From: the human T2T-CHM13v2.0 reference genome, Homo sapiens
Assembly (NCBI RefSeq): GCF_009914755.1
Contig: NC_060945.1
Direction: 5' to 3' (one strand)
Length of the DNA stretch: 64,000 nucleotides
Positions 40,330 through 53,449 of this stretch are shown here, piece by piece (positions within the stretch are counted from its first letter, which is position 1; each line of letters begins with the position of its first letter). The notes under the pieces were generated by a model. The model made no database searches. It was not told the origin of the DNA and was given only the letters and a program-made list of their open reading frames with translations. Position numbers and translations under genes: made by a program.

Positions 40330-40920
40330 TAATAAAACAAAGTGGAGATAATGTCCAGTGATGATAAGAGTGGAGGCAAAATAGCCACCGTCATGCACTG
40401 TGGGGTGGAATATAAGTTGGCACAGCCTTTCCAGAAAGGGCAATGTGTCCGTACCAAAACTCTTAAAAATCCTTGTAGCCTTTGAAACAGATGTCTATTT
40501 CTAGGAACTTATCCTAAGGCAGTAATCAGAAATGCACCCAAAGATTATGTTCAGAGATGTTCATTGCAACATTATTATACTGAAACATTAGAAACAATCT
40601 AAATTATCAACAATTTAAGGCCATTTAAGTAAACTACTGTGTTATAGAAATTCATGCAAAAATTAAGGTGATATTTTAGAAGAATTTTTAATGAATAAAA
40701 TATATTCATTCATAACATTTTAAAAGAGACAAAAGTAGTTTACAAAGCAGCACTTTGAGTATGATGCCAAATAAAAATACATTTTAACATTATGGAAAAA
40801 AGGACATCAAATGATAACAGGAGACCTGGAATAATTACTAGGATTATGGGTCATGTTAACTTCTTTAAACATGTCTGATGTTTTAAGGTTGCTCCAATGA
40901 ACTTTTGAAATAAGACAAAA
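40330..40920 (+). mobile_element. L1ME-type 3' fragment
   Basis: tttctaggaacttatcctaagg...gatgttcattgcaacattatt...agaaacaatctaaatt. Confidence 0.7.
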
Positions 40921-41149
40921 GTACACATAATTTTAAAAATTAATATCTTAGTTATCTTAGTTAACCAGAATCAGCTGTACTTTAATTAATTGGATTTTTT
41001 AAGGAAATGGACAATTTCAGCTGGTATCTAAGGGTCCAGTTTTCATGTTGCGTGCCATACATAATCAGTCTAATATTTCAATCTCCTGCAGCAACTGAAT
41101 TAAACAATGAAACATCCTGCCTAGGTGTATAGTTGTTCAGGTGAGGAGT

Positions 41150-41340
41150 AGTGGCATAGACACACTTGATTAGGAATCTGGTGACTTTCCTTCTAGTCCA
41201 GGATCGATACTTAGTCATCTCTAGCCTTGGGCACATTTCATAACGCATGAGTCTCAGTTTCCACATATACGGAAAGGAGATAAACATCCGGGCTCAGCTT
41301 ATCTCCAAAGAGTTCCTGGGAAGGTCAAGCATGATATGGC
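41150..41340 (+). mobile_element. MIR SINE
   Basis: ccttgggcacatttcataacgcatgagtctcagtttccacatat. Confidence 0.6.
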
Positions 41341-41854
41341 TTTCTCCTTATCAGTGGTTCTGAAAACCCAGAACCATAACATGTTAAGCCAGGGGAGCCA
41401 GTAGAAACCACTGCCCCATAGTTTTTACAATGTGTGCTTTTGGTAACAGCAACCCATGTTAGCAAATCGGAGCTTCCTCCATGGGCACTGCCAGGGCGTC
41501 CTCAGAGCTCTGCTTTCCAGCCACAGACGGGGCTGAGCCCTCTCTGCCGAGGCAGCCGTTTACTCTTGTGTGCCATGGAGCCCTCAGCTCCCTGTAAACA
41601 TCCATCACAGCACTCACTGCTGCACTATTGCGACTTCTCTGTTCGTCTCCCTTGGCAGCACATGGTGATGCTCTGATCAGAGCCTGGTCTTCCCTCCCTG
41701 GGTTTCCCACAAGGTCTGGATAGCAGAGCATATGCTGCACAGCCCACACAGCTGTCCTGGTAGGAACTGAGGAAACAAGGAAGGGAGTGCACTCAACTCT
41801 TGACAGATTTGGAGAAGAGGGAGAGAAAACAGCTGATGGAGAAGAGGCAGCAAC

Positions 41855-42080
41855 GTGGAGTGAATAAGCGCGGAGATGCTGAAGTCAAACTGCCCAGGTT
41901 CATTCACCAGCTCTGCCTTTTCCTGGCTGTGAGATCCTGGGCACGTTCCTAAATCCCTTTGCATTTCAACTTCCACACCTGTGACGTGGGGATCATAATC
42001 CTACCTAACTCAGAGGGTTGCTGTGAGGGTTAAACTTGGTAATATATGGGAAGTGCTTAGAATAGACACCACATAATAAT
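41855..42080 (+). mobile_element. MIR SINE
   Basis: caaactgcccaggttca...ggctgtgagatcctgggcacgttcctaa...cagagggttgctgtgagggttaaa...aagtgcttagaata. Confidence 0.75.
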
Positions 42081-42459
42081 TAATAATTCTTCTTCTTGTT
42101 GTTGCTAGGGGAAGCCAAGGCAGGATATTTAGGTGTTAGCTTTCTTCCCCTTGTTTTTGGTATGAGAAGCTCTTGAGCATATTTAGGAGACAAGAGAATG
42201 TTTACCATGGGATAATGGGTTTGGAAGGATGAAGGCTGCTTTATCACAGAAGGTGCTTTATGGTAAAAGAAACTCGTCCTACTCGCCAATAATGAGATAC
42301 AATGATGCCAGTGGTGGAAGAGGTGGTGGCTGAGGTGCGAACATCAAACACAGCCACTCATAACAAGTACTAGAAAACTCATCTCAGGCTTTGATCATGC
42401 GAAAGTCAATGGCCTACTAGGCATACTTAGTGATCACATAGGAAGGAGGAAGCAAAGGA

Positions 42460-42700
42460 GCATCTGTTGAGTGCTTACTGTGTTCCAGGCCCTGGACTAG
42501 AAGAGAACTTGACTTGCATCATCTCCCACTAACTTCACAAGAACTCTATGGAGTAAGCGTTGTCCCTGTTTTACAGACAACAAAACTGAGATTCAGAGAG
42601 GTGGACAGGTCACTCAAGGTCAAGAGCTAGTTAATGACAGGGCAGAGAGTTAAGCCTCAGTCTTTATGACTCCAGTGTACAAGTTGTCCTGCACCACACT
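42460..42700 (-). mobile_element. MIR SINE
   Basis: catctgttgagtgcttactgtgttccaggc...ccctgttttacagacaacaaaactgagattcagagag. Confidence 0.75.
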
Positions 42701-43656
42701 CTGCAGCCCAGTAGCAATTACAGAAATTATCAAATGTGTATTGGGTGACCTTTGTTGTGAGTTTCATTTCATTATGATAGTATACTTGATACATGTTATT
42801 TTAGGCTTCAGAACTACTCAAGTAGCCTGGTCACCTAATAACAGCTTTGGAAAACGCTGAAGAGTCCATCAATGGGAAAGAGACCAAATGGGGATGCTGG
42901 GCATAATGGAAACAATGCTTGTTTTGCAGTTTTGCCTAAGACAGGCCTTGGATATGGTTAGCTATATTTCCACTGCTGTTTCTCTGCAACCCAACATGCC
43001 ATTGTCTTCAGTGCTCTCTGCTTCCCTTGCGCGTGGGGTGTGACTGCAAGGTGAAGTGGCTGATCTAGAACAAAGGTTGCAGGACATACACAGCTTCTTG
43101 TAGACAGCTTCTCTCCTAAAGAGCACTGGTGAGTCAGTTGTTTGGGGCTTGAGTAAAGCTTTCTATTAAAATAAAGTTACAGTGGGAATAAGGCTTATGG
43201 AATAGCCCAGGCCCATTGGAGTTTGTTTTGCCCACCATACGCCAGCTGCAGAAGTAATTGGAGATCTGGGTCCTAAGATGAGGGACTGCATATTGGAGGA
43301 GGAAGAAGCAGCATCCTCTCCCTTTCTTAAACTCAGGCAAATTATAAAATAGGTACAGTTCAATTCCCTCATCCTGCTCCTTCTTCTGCCTGAGGGGACA
43401 GAACAGCCTTAATCTGTCCTGACCCATGGTCCAGGGGCTAGTGTAGTCATTTGATACCCCATTTCTGGGGCCTGAAGGGTCCAGGTATAAAGGGACCAAG
43501 ACAGGAATGCTGGGGACCTCTTAGCACTTGCCCCAGGCCCCCTTCCATCCAGGGCTGTTTCATGTCCTTCCCATCCAAGAGGCTCTACATTAGCCTACTG
43601 AAGAGCCTGTTGTATCAGAATCCGTAGAATCTCTGGGACTTGCAGTGTGTGCACAT

Positions 43657-43681
43657 TGTGTGTGTGTGTGTGTGTGTGTGT
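43657..43681. repeat. (TG)n microsatellite
   Basis: Pure TG run. Confidence 0.93.
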
Positions 43682-44731
43682 AGCTGATACAGAGTAGCCA
43701 AGGCCTAGGGGTGGGTGGCAGGCAGAGAAGCTCATAAAGTGCAGAGTAAGGGCCCAAAGAGCAGTAATGGGAAGGGGGTGAGGGTTTAAATGGAAAAGAG
43801 GCAAAAATGGGAGGGGGTGGGAAGGAGTGGGTGGAGCTGGCCTCCCTCAGAATCAAGCTGGGCTCACTTGTGATTTAGGAGGTATGAAGTGGGGAATCAG
43901 TCTTTGTCTACCTTCTGTTCCCTGCACCCAGACCTCCTCCACTTTCTTAGGGTAAGAAATGCCTTTGATAGGGGTAAAGCCTTTCTTTCCAGAGTTTGAG
44001 ATCAGAGACTTCAATATGTAAAGTCTTGGGGTATGCTGACAGATCAGCACACGTGCTTTTTATATTTAAATAATTCTCACAACCTATGTGGCTTGTCAGG
44101 AATGAAGAATCTAAAGCTTATTGTGCTAGGGGAGCTCCGAGTGAACAAAGGGTGCCGAAAGGAGAGTGGGGGGACAATTGCATCATCAATTTGCAGATGT
44201 CAGAATGTCACATTTTGGTTAGGGATCAGGCTCATTTTACACACGCCTAAGCAACTGGAAAACATGAGAGAGTATTGGGGCCAGTTGTGATAGGGGCCAA
44301 GGAGACTGAAATGAGGACACCTGAGGTCTACTTTTCAGGCTATCTGGTGTGACTTTGGATAAGTTATTTCACCTCCGTGGGCCAGAAGGTGCTGATCTAT
44401 CAAATGAGCAGGGAACGTGGGAACTCTAAGTTTGCCCTGCTATGAATCACTCTGGGTCTATGTTTTGGGGGACTGAGCACTGGGGAGTCTGTGTTAGCCA
44501 TCTTTCTTCTCATAGTTCTGTGTTCTCCAGTGGGCTTTTATCATAGCCGTCTTCAGGAAAGGAGCTGCAGGGCATTCACCCGGGTGCAAAGGACCAGCAG
44601 TCCTTCCAGAGAAAGAAGTAAAGTCTTTAGCTAAAGAACAAAGATTTAACGGTGGAACTGTCCACTTGAATTGGAAGGGCTGGTAGCTTTGGGTCCAGCA
44701 AGGGCACCCCAGATATTAAATCAATGAATAA

Positions 44732-45305
<574 letters not shown>

Positions 45306-46469
45306 TATATCTTACAAACCTTTCATAAGAAATCTTTCCTCTGTAGGCCCAAGTAATTTGATTTCTTAGTGTGATCTGATATCGTTTGAATTATCACTTA
45401 ACTTGGGGGAATTAAATAAGGCACTCTGGACATACGCAGCCCCTCAGGAACACAGCTTGGTGAGTGGATGATCCTTTTGTTTGAAAAAGGTGCCCCTTCC
45501 TCTACGCAGTCACACCTCACCCTGGGACCCTTGATTTGGCAAGCAGAGCCAAGGCTGGATTTCACCTCCCACAGTCCCCCTCAGTGGGGTGCCTTTGTAC
45601 AGTGTCCAACCTGCCCAACGATCTGCAGTGAACCTGCATGAGATCAGGAACCCCTCAGGAATAGGGATTATCTTAATCTTTTTGGAGGCCTAAGACTTAG
45701 CTTGGGGCTGACTCTCCAAGCACCCTCAGCCAACGTTAGTTGTTCGAACAAAGGCAGCTTGGTTTTCTTTGGGGGTTGAAGGGAAACAGGGAATAATTTC
45801 ACCACACTTTCAGCTCAAAAGTCTCCATAGGTCTCTACTGCCTTCAGGAGGAAGTCTTACCATCTGGCTTAGATTGGCCTGGGCTAACCTGAACTGGTCA
45901 ACCATCCCATCATTACCTTCTAACACTGCATCCCCTTCATTTGAAGTGATCCACTCATCGTCCTCAACCACACCTGGCACTTCCTGCCTTGCAGGTGCTG
46001 CTTTCTTCTCCTGGATACCTTTCCCTGTTCTCCTTTAACAGCAAAATCCTAAGTTGACCTGAGTCCTCTGTAATGGCTCGAGACACCTTCTAGCCTTCCA
46101 GTCGTCTGAATGGCTATGGTATTACTGCATGCCCTGCTTAGTCCTGTGCAGTTTAAGATTCTCCCCACCTATTCCACAGGTATATGTCTTCTGTCCTCAA
46201 ACTGCTGGGAGACAAAGATACATAGCTTTCTTTTATGTCTGTAAGAGGCCTGGCATAATACTGCCAGTGCACTGAGCAAGTTAGCAACAACCTCATAGAA
46301 AATGCTAATGCTGAAAAAATTAAAATAATTCAATGATTATCTATATTCGGACAAAGCATTCTGGAATCACAGCAAGAAAATGTGGCAAACCTCCTTGAGC
46401 CCTTGAGCCTCTGCACCTCACACAGGATCACACCCACACCCCCCAGAAAGCTGAATAAGACCTATGCAA

Positions 46470-46775
46470 ACAACCTTCCAGGGAAGGGATCGACAACCAC
46501 AATCAGCCTTCTGCCTAGTTAATCATAAACCCAAACCTGCCGAAGCCAAGTCCATCGCCAGAACAAGGGGACAATTAGCATTGCCCTTTGCACACAGCTA
46601 CTCACTGGGAAAATCGTGCACTGATCAGTGCACGCGGCTTCAACTTTCTCCTGACCCCAGAAGATTCTAGCGAAGGGCTGCTTGGTTATAGAAATAGAAA
46701 GCCCTTATCAGGAAGCTGTCAATTTCATGACAAACTTGGTATCGGGGAAGCAGATAATGGGCTGTTTACATAGTC
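46470..46775. promoter_or_regulatory. Candidate haematopoietic enhancer (RUNX, GATA x2, ETS, MEIS, FOX)
   Basis: Unique sequence with several CpGs. AACCACA 46495-46501, contiguous CTTATC-AGGAAG-CTGTCA 46704-46721, AGATAA 46752-46757, TGTTTAC 46763-46769. Confidence 0.55.
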
Positions 46776-47899
46776 TTAGGCGGACCAGGATTCATCTTGG
46801 GTCTTAGGGTTTCCCAATTCCAGATATTTCAAATATGGAAAACAGCAAAACAAGTCAAAATGATTTAATACTGTATATATAGCAATAAAAAAACTGAAAA
46901 AGTATTATTTTCTAAATCTTTAAGAGTTGCAATTAGATTTTTTTTTTAACCAAAATAGCACAACTGTTCCCCTTCTCTATAGAAAGTTTTCATTAGTTCC
47001 TCCCCGACCTTACTTTCCAGAGGACCTGGTAATAAACAAAAGAATGATCCCTTGAGCATTTTTCATCATAGCATCATGCTTTTAATGGAGCAGAGATGAA
47101 TCCTGGGCTGCTGTGACCCACGGGTAGAAAACACAGTGCTTCTGTGTTTGGGTTTGATCACCCTCATGGAGAAAGTGGCTCCTGAAGACAGATGTAATTA
47201 GTTCTAATGTCTGAGGCCTTTGGGGATGTTCCTAAGGCTTTTTATTGAGAAGGCAAAGCAAGCAGAGGTGAGATCTGGGAGGATAAAGTAGAAGGCAATG
47301 AGACCCGAAAGAGTTTGGCTTATGCAAAGGAATTTCCATGAGCACCCACAAACATTGGTCCAGGTACTCTCTTAGTCACTGTCCCCTCGAGGATGGGGAA
47401 GAGGAAGCTGCCAACGTCACCTGGCTGCTGCATCGACTTCCTCCTCTTGCCCCATCATCCATCTCAGTTTTAGATTTAAGCCAGGACTGATTCTCTGTGG
47501 TCTAGGCTGATGTGCAAGTGAGAATCTTGATTAGAAAACCCCCAAATAACTAAATAAATGAAGTCTGTTGCTTGTTTAATGCCTTTAAATAGTGTCTCAT
47601 TTATAAAATGTATTTACAACCTTTAAAAGTACACTTTGCTTCTATGGGGACTTATGGAACGTTCTGACCTAAGTCCTTGTCAGTAGCTTTGAGAAGGGGA
47701 ATGAGGTCCCCACAAAGAATCTGGGGCTTCCCATCATCTCCACTTACCTTCAGGCTGGCTGGCTGAGGCACTTGGGTAATGACTTTGGGGAGACAATAAC
47801 ATGTTTAGCTTTAGTCTTTTCTCAAGAGAAAATTCCATCTTGGCAGTGTCCACCAGGGATACTCTGTCCCTAGGTTTTGGAGTATGCTCATTCCCCATG

Positions 47900-48140
47900 A
47901 CTGGCAAAGTAAAATTGAACCATGGAGCCAGAAAGTCTGAGTCAGTCTGAGTCAGGCCCTGTAACCCTGCACACCAATCTGTTTCTCAGTTTCCCATCCG
48001 CAAAATGGGGTGAATAGCTGTATCTACTATGTAAAGATTGTTCTGAGGATTACATGAGTTATTATCTGCAAAGCACCTAGAACAATTCCTGGCACATAGC
48101 GAGCGAGCACTGTCTAAGTGTTTATGAACTAACTAAATAA
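47900..48140 (+). mobile_element. MIR SINE
   Basis: tctgtttctcagtttcccatccgcaaaatgggg...ttctgaggattacatgag...aaagcacctagaacaattcctggcacatag. Confidence 0.75.
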
Positions 48141-49389
48141 ATGGTCTTAACTTTCTAGGTGCTGATTTTTTTCTCTATCAGGGAAAATGTTTCTGTGTGC
48201 TATTTGTGGAATAAGCAATAATGATAGAAGCTCCAAACATAGTCACTTAAATACACTATGAGCACTATGCGTGTGCACATACACATAATATATAAATACA
48301 CTGAGCTAAACATTACTATCTTCCCCATGTCAAGCTCTGAAGCAACTGAGAAATAAACCCCTGAAATCAAATGAAGAAGTAAATACCAGCATTTTGCTTG
48401 TAGAGTTGAGTTGGAGAAAGAGCCCATCTGGGGTTTCTTCCAGAGCATGAGAAGTACCTGCAGGGACCTACCCAGCCAGCCACAGGGGCCTGCGCTGACC
48501 TCATCTCTGCTGAGCCCTGAGATCAGGACATAGCTGGGGTGGGAGCGGGCCCTGCCTCAGGCCTCATCCAGGGAGACAGAGGCAGAGGAGAATGCACCAT
48601 ATCAGGCAGGCTGTCCCCAGAAGGCCTCTCTCAATCTCTCCCATTGGATGTGCCTCTCCTCTCATAAGGCGGAAGAAGGCAGAGGCAGATAGAAGCTCAG
48701 AGCTCTTCTCTCAATGCTTCCAAAAGGGTAGGAGTTCCCATTTAAGAGGCTGGCAAGAACTCCAGGAGCAGGCGAGAATGATCCCCAAGACACATATCAA
48801 TGTGAAATACATGTGTTTATATTGTGAAACAGTCAACTCCAGCTTCAGAAGCAGTTTGCTGGGGATCATTGTCCCCTCCAGACTGAACACGGGCTAACAT
48901 GTAGCTGAGAGCGGGTGTAGACAATAGTCTTGAAGGAGCTGATTGGCGGTTCCGTGGTTTACCAGCAGCACCGGGCAAAGGAATGTGGCTTACCTTTGAA
49001 CAGACGAAAGAGGGTGGAAGCGTCTGCACCAGGTGTGTGCAGGCAAGGGCATGTTGAGAGATAGGCTGGGTGGTAAAGAGAGGTTCCTTCTCGGTCTTAC
49101 TCTTGATGGAGCCCGCTGGTTTTCTAGCCTGCGCCCCGCAGGAGTGCCTGAAGGGTGTCTGGTATCAGTAATCTCCTATCCCTAAACCAGCAGGAGCTGG
49201 GGAACATTTAACAACCAGCTCTTCAGGATAAACAGCTTTGACTTATAACATGTGCAGATTTCAGCAATCACTGCTGATCACTATAGTTCCTCTCACAGCA
49301 ACACTCTATGTTAGAGCATTTCCACCATTTAGAGATAAGAAACAAGTGCATATAGATCTTTGTAAACTGCAATAAAATAATAAGGCAGA

Positions 49390-49724
<335 letters not shown>

Positions 49725-49745
49725 TTATTTTTTAGTGATTTTGAC

Positions 49746-50051
<306 letters not shown>

Positions 50052-50834
50052 TAAGTTTGCATAATTTAATTTTGCATGATGTCTTTGTTTAACTGCCAGC
50101 CTGCAAAACTCCGGAAAATTAACAATCAAGTCTTGTGAGATGATGCAAACAGAAACTACTCGAAGCCCATATGTCATTGCTGTAGGAAAAGCAGGCAGAT
50201 TTTCACCTGCAAGCATTTCCCTTCTCCTCTGTCACTCTCTCCCTGTCCCAGGTGGGTGGGTGGATCAGACTGAGGCTGCAGCTCATGGCAGGGGGCTGGA
50301 CTGTGGATGACTGTCTCCTCCCTAGCGGGGAGGCCAGAGGCACTCAGGTGGTTCAAGTTGACCTGCGGGGCTAGCAGGGCAGAGTAGGGCTTCCCTGCAC
50401 TTTGGTCTCCAGCCCTGCCTCATTGAGGCCAATGGTTTGCTTTCTCTCCTGGCTAGTCTCCAGCTGTGAATGCATCTGGATAAAGACAGGACTGGAGCCT
50501 GAGGGTGGGAAACGAAAGGGGGGCACAGGAATCCAGTCAACATTGCCTGATTTACAGGAGTGACGGCTCACAAGTGGGTACACAATTGAGGATGGGTGGA
50601 AGTGAGAATAAGGAGAGCATCTGTGGGTACCAGTTTTATGGTGTCACAGACTTCTTTTGTAAAAGTAATAAACACATAAATTAAATATTAGGTGAAATAT
50701 ATTTTATTATATATGCGTGTATTAAATTATTATATATTTTACTATATTTATATAGTTTACATATATACTATATACTAATTATAAATATATATCAACATAT
50801 TAAATAAATACAAATCAATAAACAAATAAATATT

Positions 50835-51257
50835 TAGCCTGGCACATATCTGCACAGCAAAAGACTGTATTTCCCAGCCTACTTTACAGCTAGGTGCCTC
50901 CATATGTTTGTTTACGTTCTGGTCAATGATTTGTCAGCAGGAGTGTCTGGGCAAATTTCAGATCCTGCTCTTCAAGGGAAAGAGTAGATCTTCCCCTTCC
51001 ATATTCTCTCTTGCTGCTGGCTGGAATGTGGATGTGATGTTGGGGGCTGGAGCAGCCATTTTGAGCCATGAGGTAAATGCCAGGCATTGCAGAAGGCAGC
51101 CCATCAGGGTAGCAGAAACCTGGTTCTTTGTGATTGTGAAGATGCCATGCCAATCTACTGAGACTTCTACAAGAGAGAGAAACACACTTCTATCTTGTTT
51201 AAGCCCTGATAATTTGGAATCTCTCTCTCATAGCAACCTAACCAATACCCTAATACA
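50835..51257 (+). mobile_element. MLT1J/I-like MaLR LTR
   Basis: aagactgtatttcccagcc...gttctggtcaatga...gctggctggaatgtggatgtgatg...gctggagcagccattttg...ttctatcttgtttaagcc...ctaataca. Confidence 0.75.
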
Positions 51258-51439
51258 ACACAATGTCTTTATGTGTGTGCTATTAGTAATCAGAGCATGT
51301 CTGTGGTAAAAGTAGACCTCTGGGCATTCTTCAAAAGACTTAGAACTGACTTTTAACTCACTTTCTGCATCCCATCCTTTTAACTTCTCAGAAAGTGAGG
51401 ATCAGTTATATAGTTAGGTTCCTGCCCTGAAAGTACTAC

Positions 51440-51992
51440 AGTATGACAGCACCAGGCTTTTATTTTCTTTTTAACTAGGTGTGACTAATTTGGAGATTAC
51501 TTTTTAAACATACACCTAAGATGTTGTAGCTAATACTGCCTCTTCCATCCTAGTCACTTTGCAACTTGACATTCTTTTCTAGTGATGATGAAATTCTCAG
51601 CATCCAGTTAGAATTCATACAATGGTGCATATGCTTTAGAATAGCCTCAATGTCTGGAATATAAGTGATGGGTCTGATTTTTAGAAACAGCCAGAAGGCA
51701 TTTAAGATCAAGACTGGTGACAAATAAGGTGACCAAGGAAGCTTGACAATACCTGTCTTGTTCAAAAATGAGGTGTGATTTAAAAGTAAGGAGGATTTAC
51801 TTGTTTAGCCAATAAACTAACTCTGAAAGTCATTTCAAAAAAGCAGATCCGAAGATGTTTAAAGTAATAATGGTGCTGTTAGAATGGTGCTCCCTCTCCC
51901 TCCCAGGGGATGACTTTGAAGGACACTACAATAACAGATGTGTAAATTCTGAAATATATGGCTAAAATGAGGTTTATTATTTTCTAGTCACC
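51440..51992. mobile_element. MARNA-like ancient mariner-derived element
   Basis: ctctgaaagtcatttcaaaa...cctcccaggggatgactttgaagg...gatgtgtaaattctg...ttattttctagtcac. The minus-strand frame gives WSPYLSPVLILNAFWLFLKIR, resembling the mariner transposase motif PPYSPDLAPxDFWLFPKLK. Confidence 0.7.
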
Positions 51993-53059
51993 ACTTAGAC
52001 ATCTTTTAGTCATTTGTTTATGACAGTTTATAAATGAGAAAGAAGTCCATTTAAAATATCTCCATGAGGACCTCAAGGTAAATAATAGGAATCGATCATT
52101 CATCAATCTGGCCTGGCCCCGGCCCACTGAAGAAAGTTCCTTCTTGAGTGCATTCAAAGCTCTCATGGTCCAGCCCTGTTCAACCTGAGCAGCATCCTAT
52201 CTGCTCCTCCCCCAGACGTTCCGATGCCCTGCACCAGATTCAAGAGAGAGCCAAGTTCCCCAACAGGCTATGCACGTGGCTATTAACACCCAGCACACGC
52301 TATCCCTGGCCAGCTCTCTCCTTCTTCCCTAAGAATTAAACATTCTTTGGCCTGAGTTTTCCTCCTTTATGTCACCATAAAGTTGAGTTATTCATTATTA
52401 GGGTCTATACATGAGTAGCCAAAATATACGGGTCTCTATATTTAGGTCAAGGGGCCTTCAGCAGGAGAACATGAATAATTAGGAGTGAGGCCATGAGACA
52501 GAGGAAGAAAAGCTCATAGGAATGGGAAGACAGCCTCTCAGATGAGAGGTGTGCGGAGTGATTGCTGTGAGGAATTGCTCAATAGGAAAGTTAGCCAACC
52601 TGAGGACGTTTCTAGGGGAGGAAAAGGGAAACTCATATGGTTCTCTGCTAATTCTTAAAAATAAGGTAGATTCTTACTCATCTAGGGTGCTTGCTCGTTA
52701 TGAACACAGGAAGATTAAGGAATGAGTATGGACTGTTTCTACTCTATGTTTTCGGACAAGAAGAATAATAAAAAAGCACTGGGTAGCTGGAACAACTGCA
52801 GAGGCCCCAACAATGATGGAGACTTTCTGGTGCACCGTGGCACAGGGGTCTCTTCCAAAGGGACTCAATCAACCCCAACAGGCATCATCTTCTGTGACTC
52901 AAGATGTCCTTTTTAGGAGTGCTTGTACTTTTTAATGCTCAGAGAAGTTCGTATTACTGATTCGGGAACACTGAGTTTTTCAGCTCCTGTAAAACTATTT
53001 TCAGGTTTATTTTCAAGTACATTCTTTACCTCGGGGGGTCAAATCTTTTGGTTTCCAGT

Positions 53060-53180
53060 GAATATCGTGGTTATACCTGTGGTTACCCACTGACTTCTCA
53101 TCTGCCTAGCTTATCTGATAACAGGCAAATGGGGAAAGAGGCTTTAATACCCCTCAAAAGGGGAAGATTGATAATTAGTT
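53060..53180. promoter_or_regulatory. Candidate RUNX/GATA/E-box module next to the +23 enhancer
   Basis: TGTGGTT 53078-53084, CATCTG 53099-53104, palindromic double GATA TTATCTGATAA 53111-53121, CAAATG 53126-53131, further TGATAA near 53169. Confidence 0.55.
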
Positions 53181-53449
53181 ATTCACCGCATAGAATCAGG
53201 CCAGGTCAACTCTCTCCAAGAAGAAAAGCAATCTGGATATTGCACTTTGGGGTCCCTTTTCATTTTGGCATTACAGGCCTCATGAGGATGTAGTCTTTCT
53301 GTATTTCTTTCTTTCTTTTTAAATTGTTATTTATTTATTTATTTTAACCAGGTCAAAGCATTACATACTGCAGAAGAGAAAGCAACTTCAGCTTCTCTTA
53401 AACGGTGTCATTTTCATGACAGCTCGTAAATTTTGGCCTCCTATGGGTC

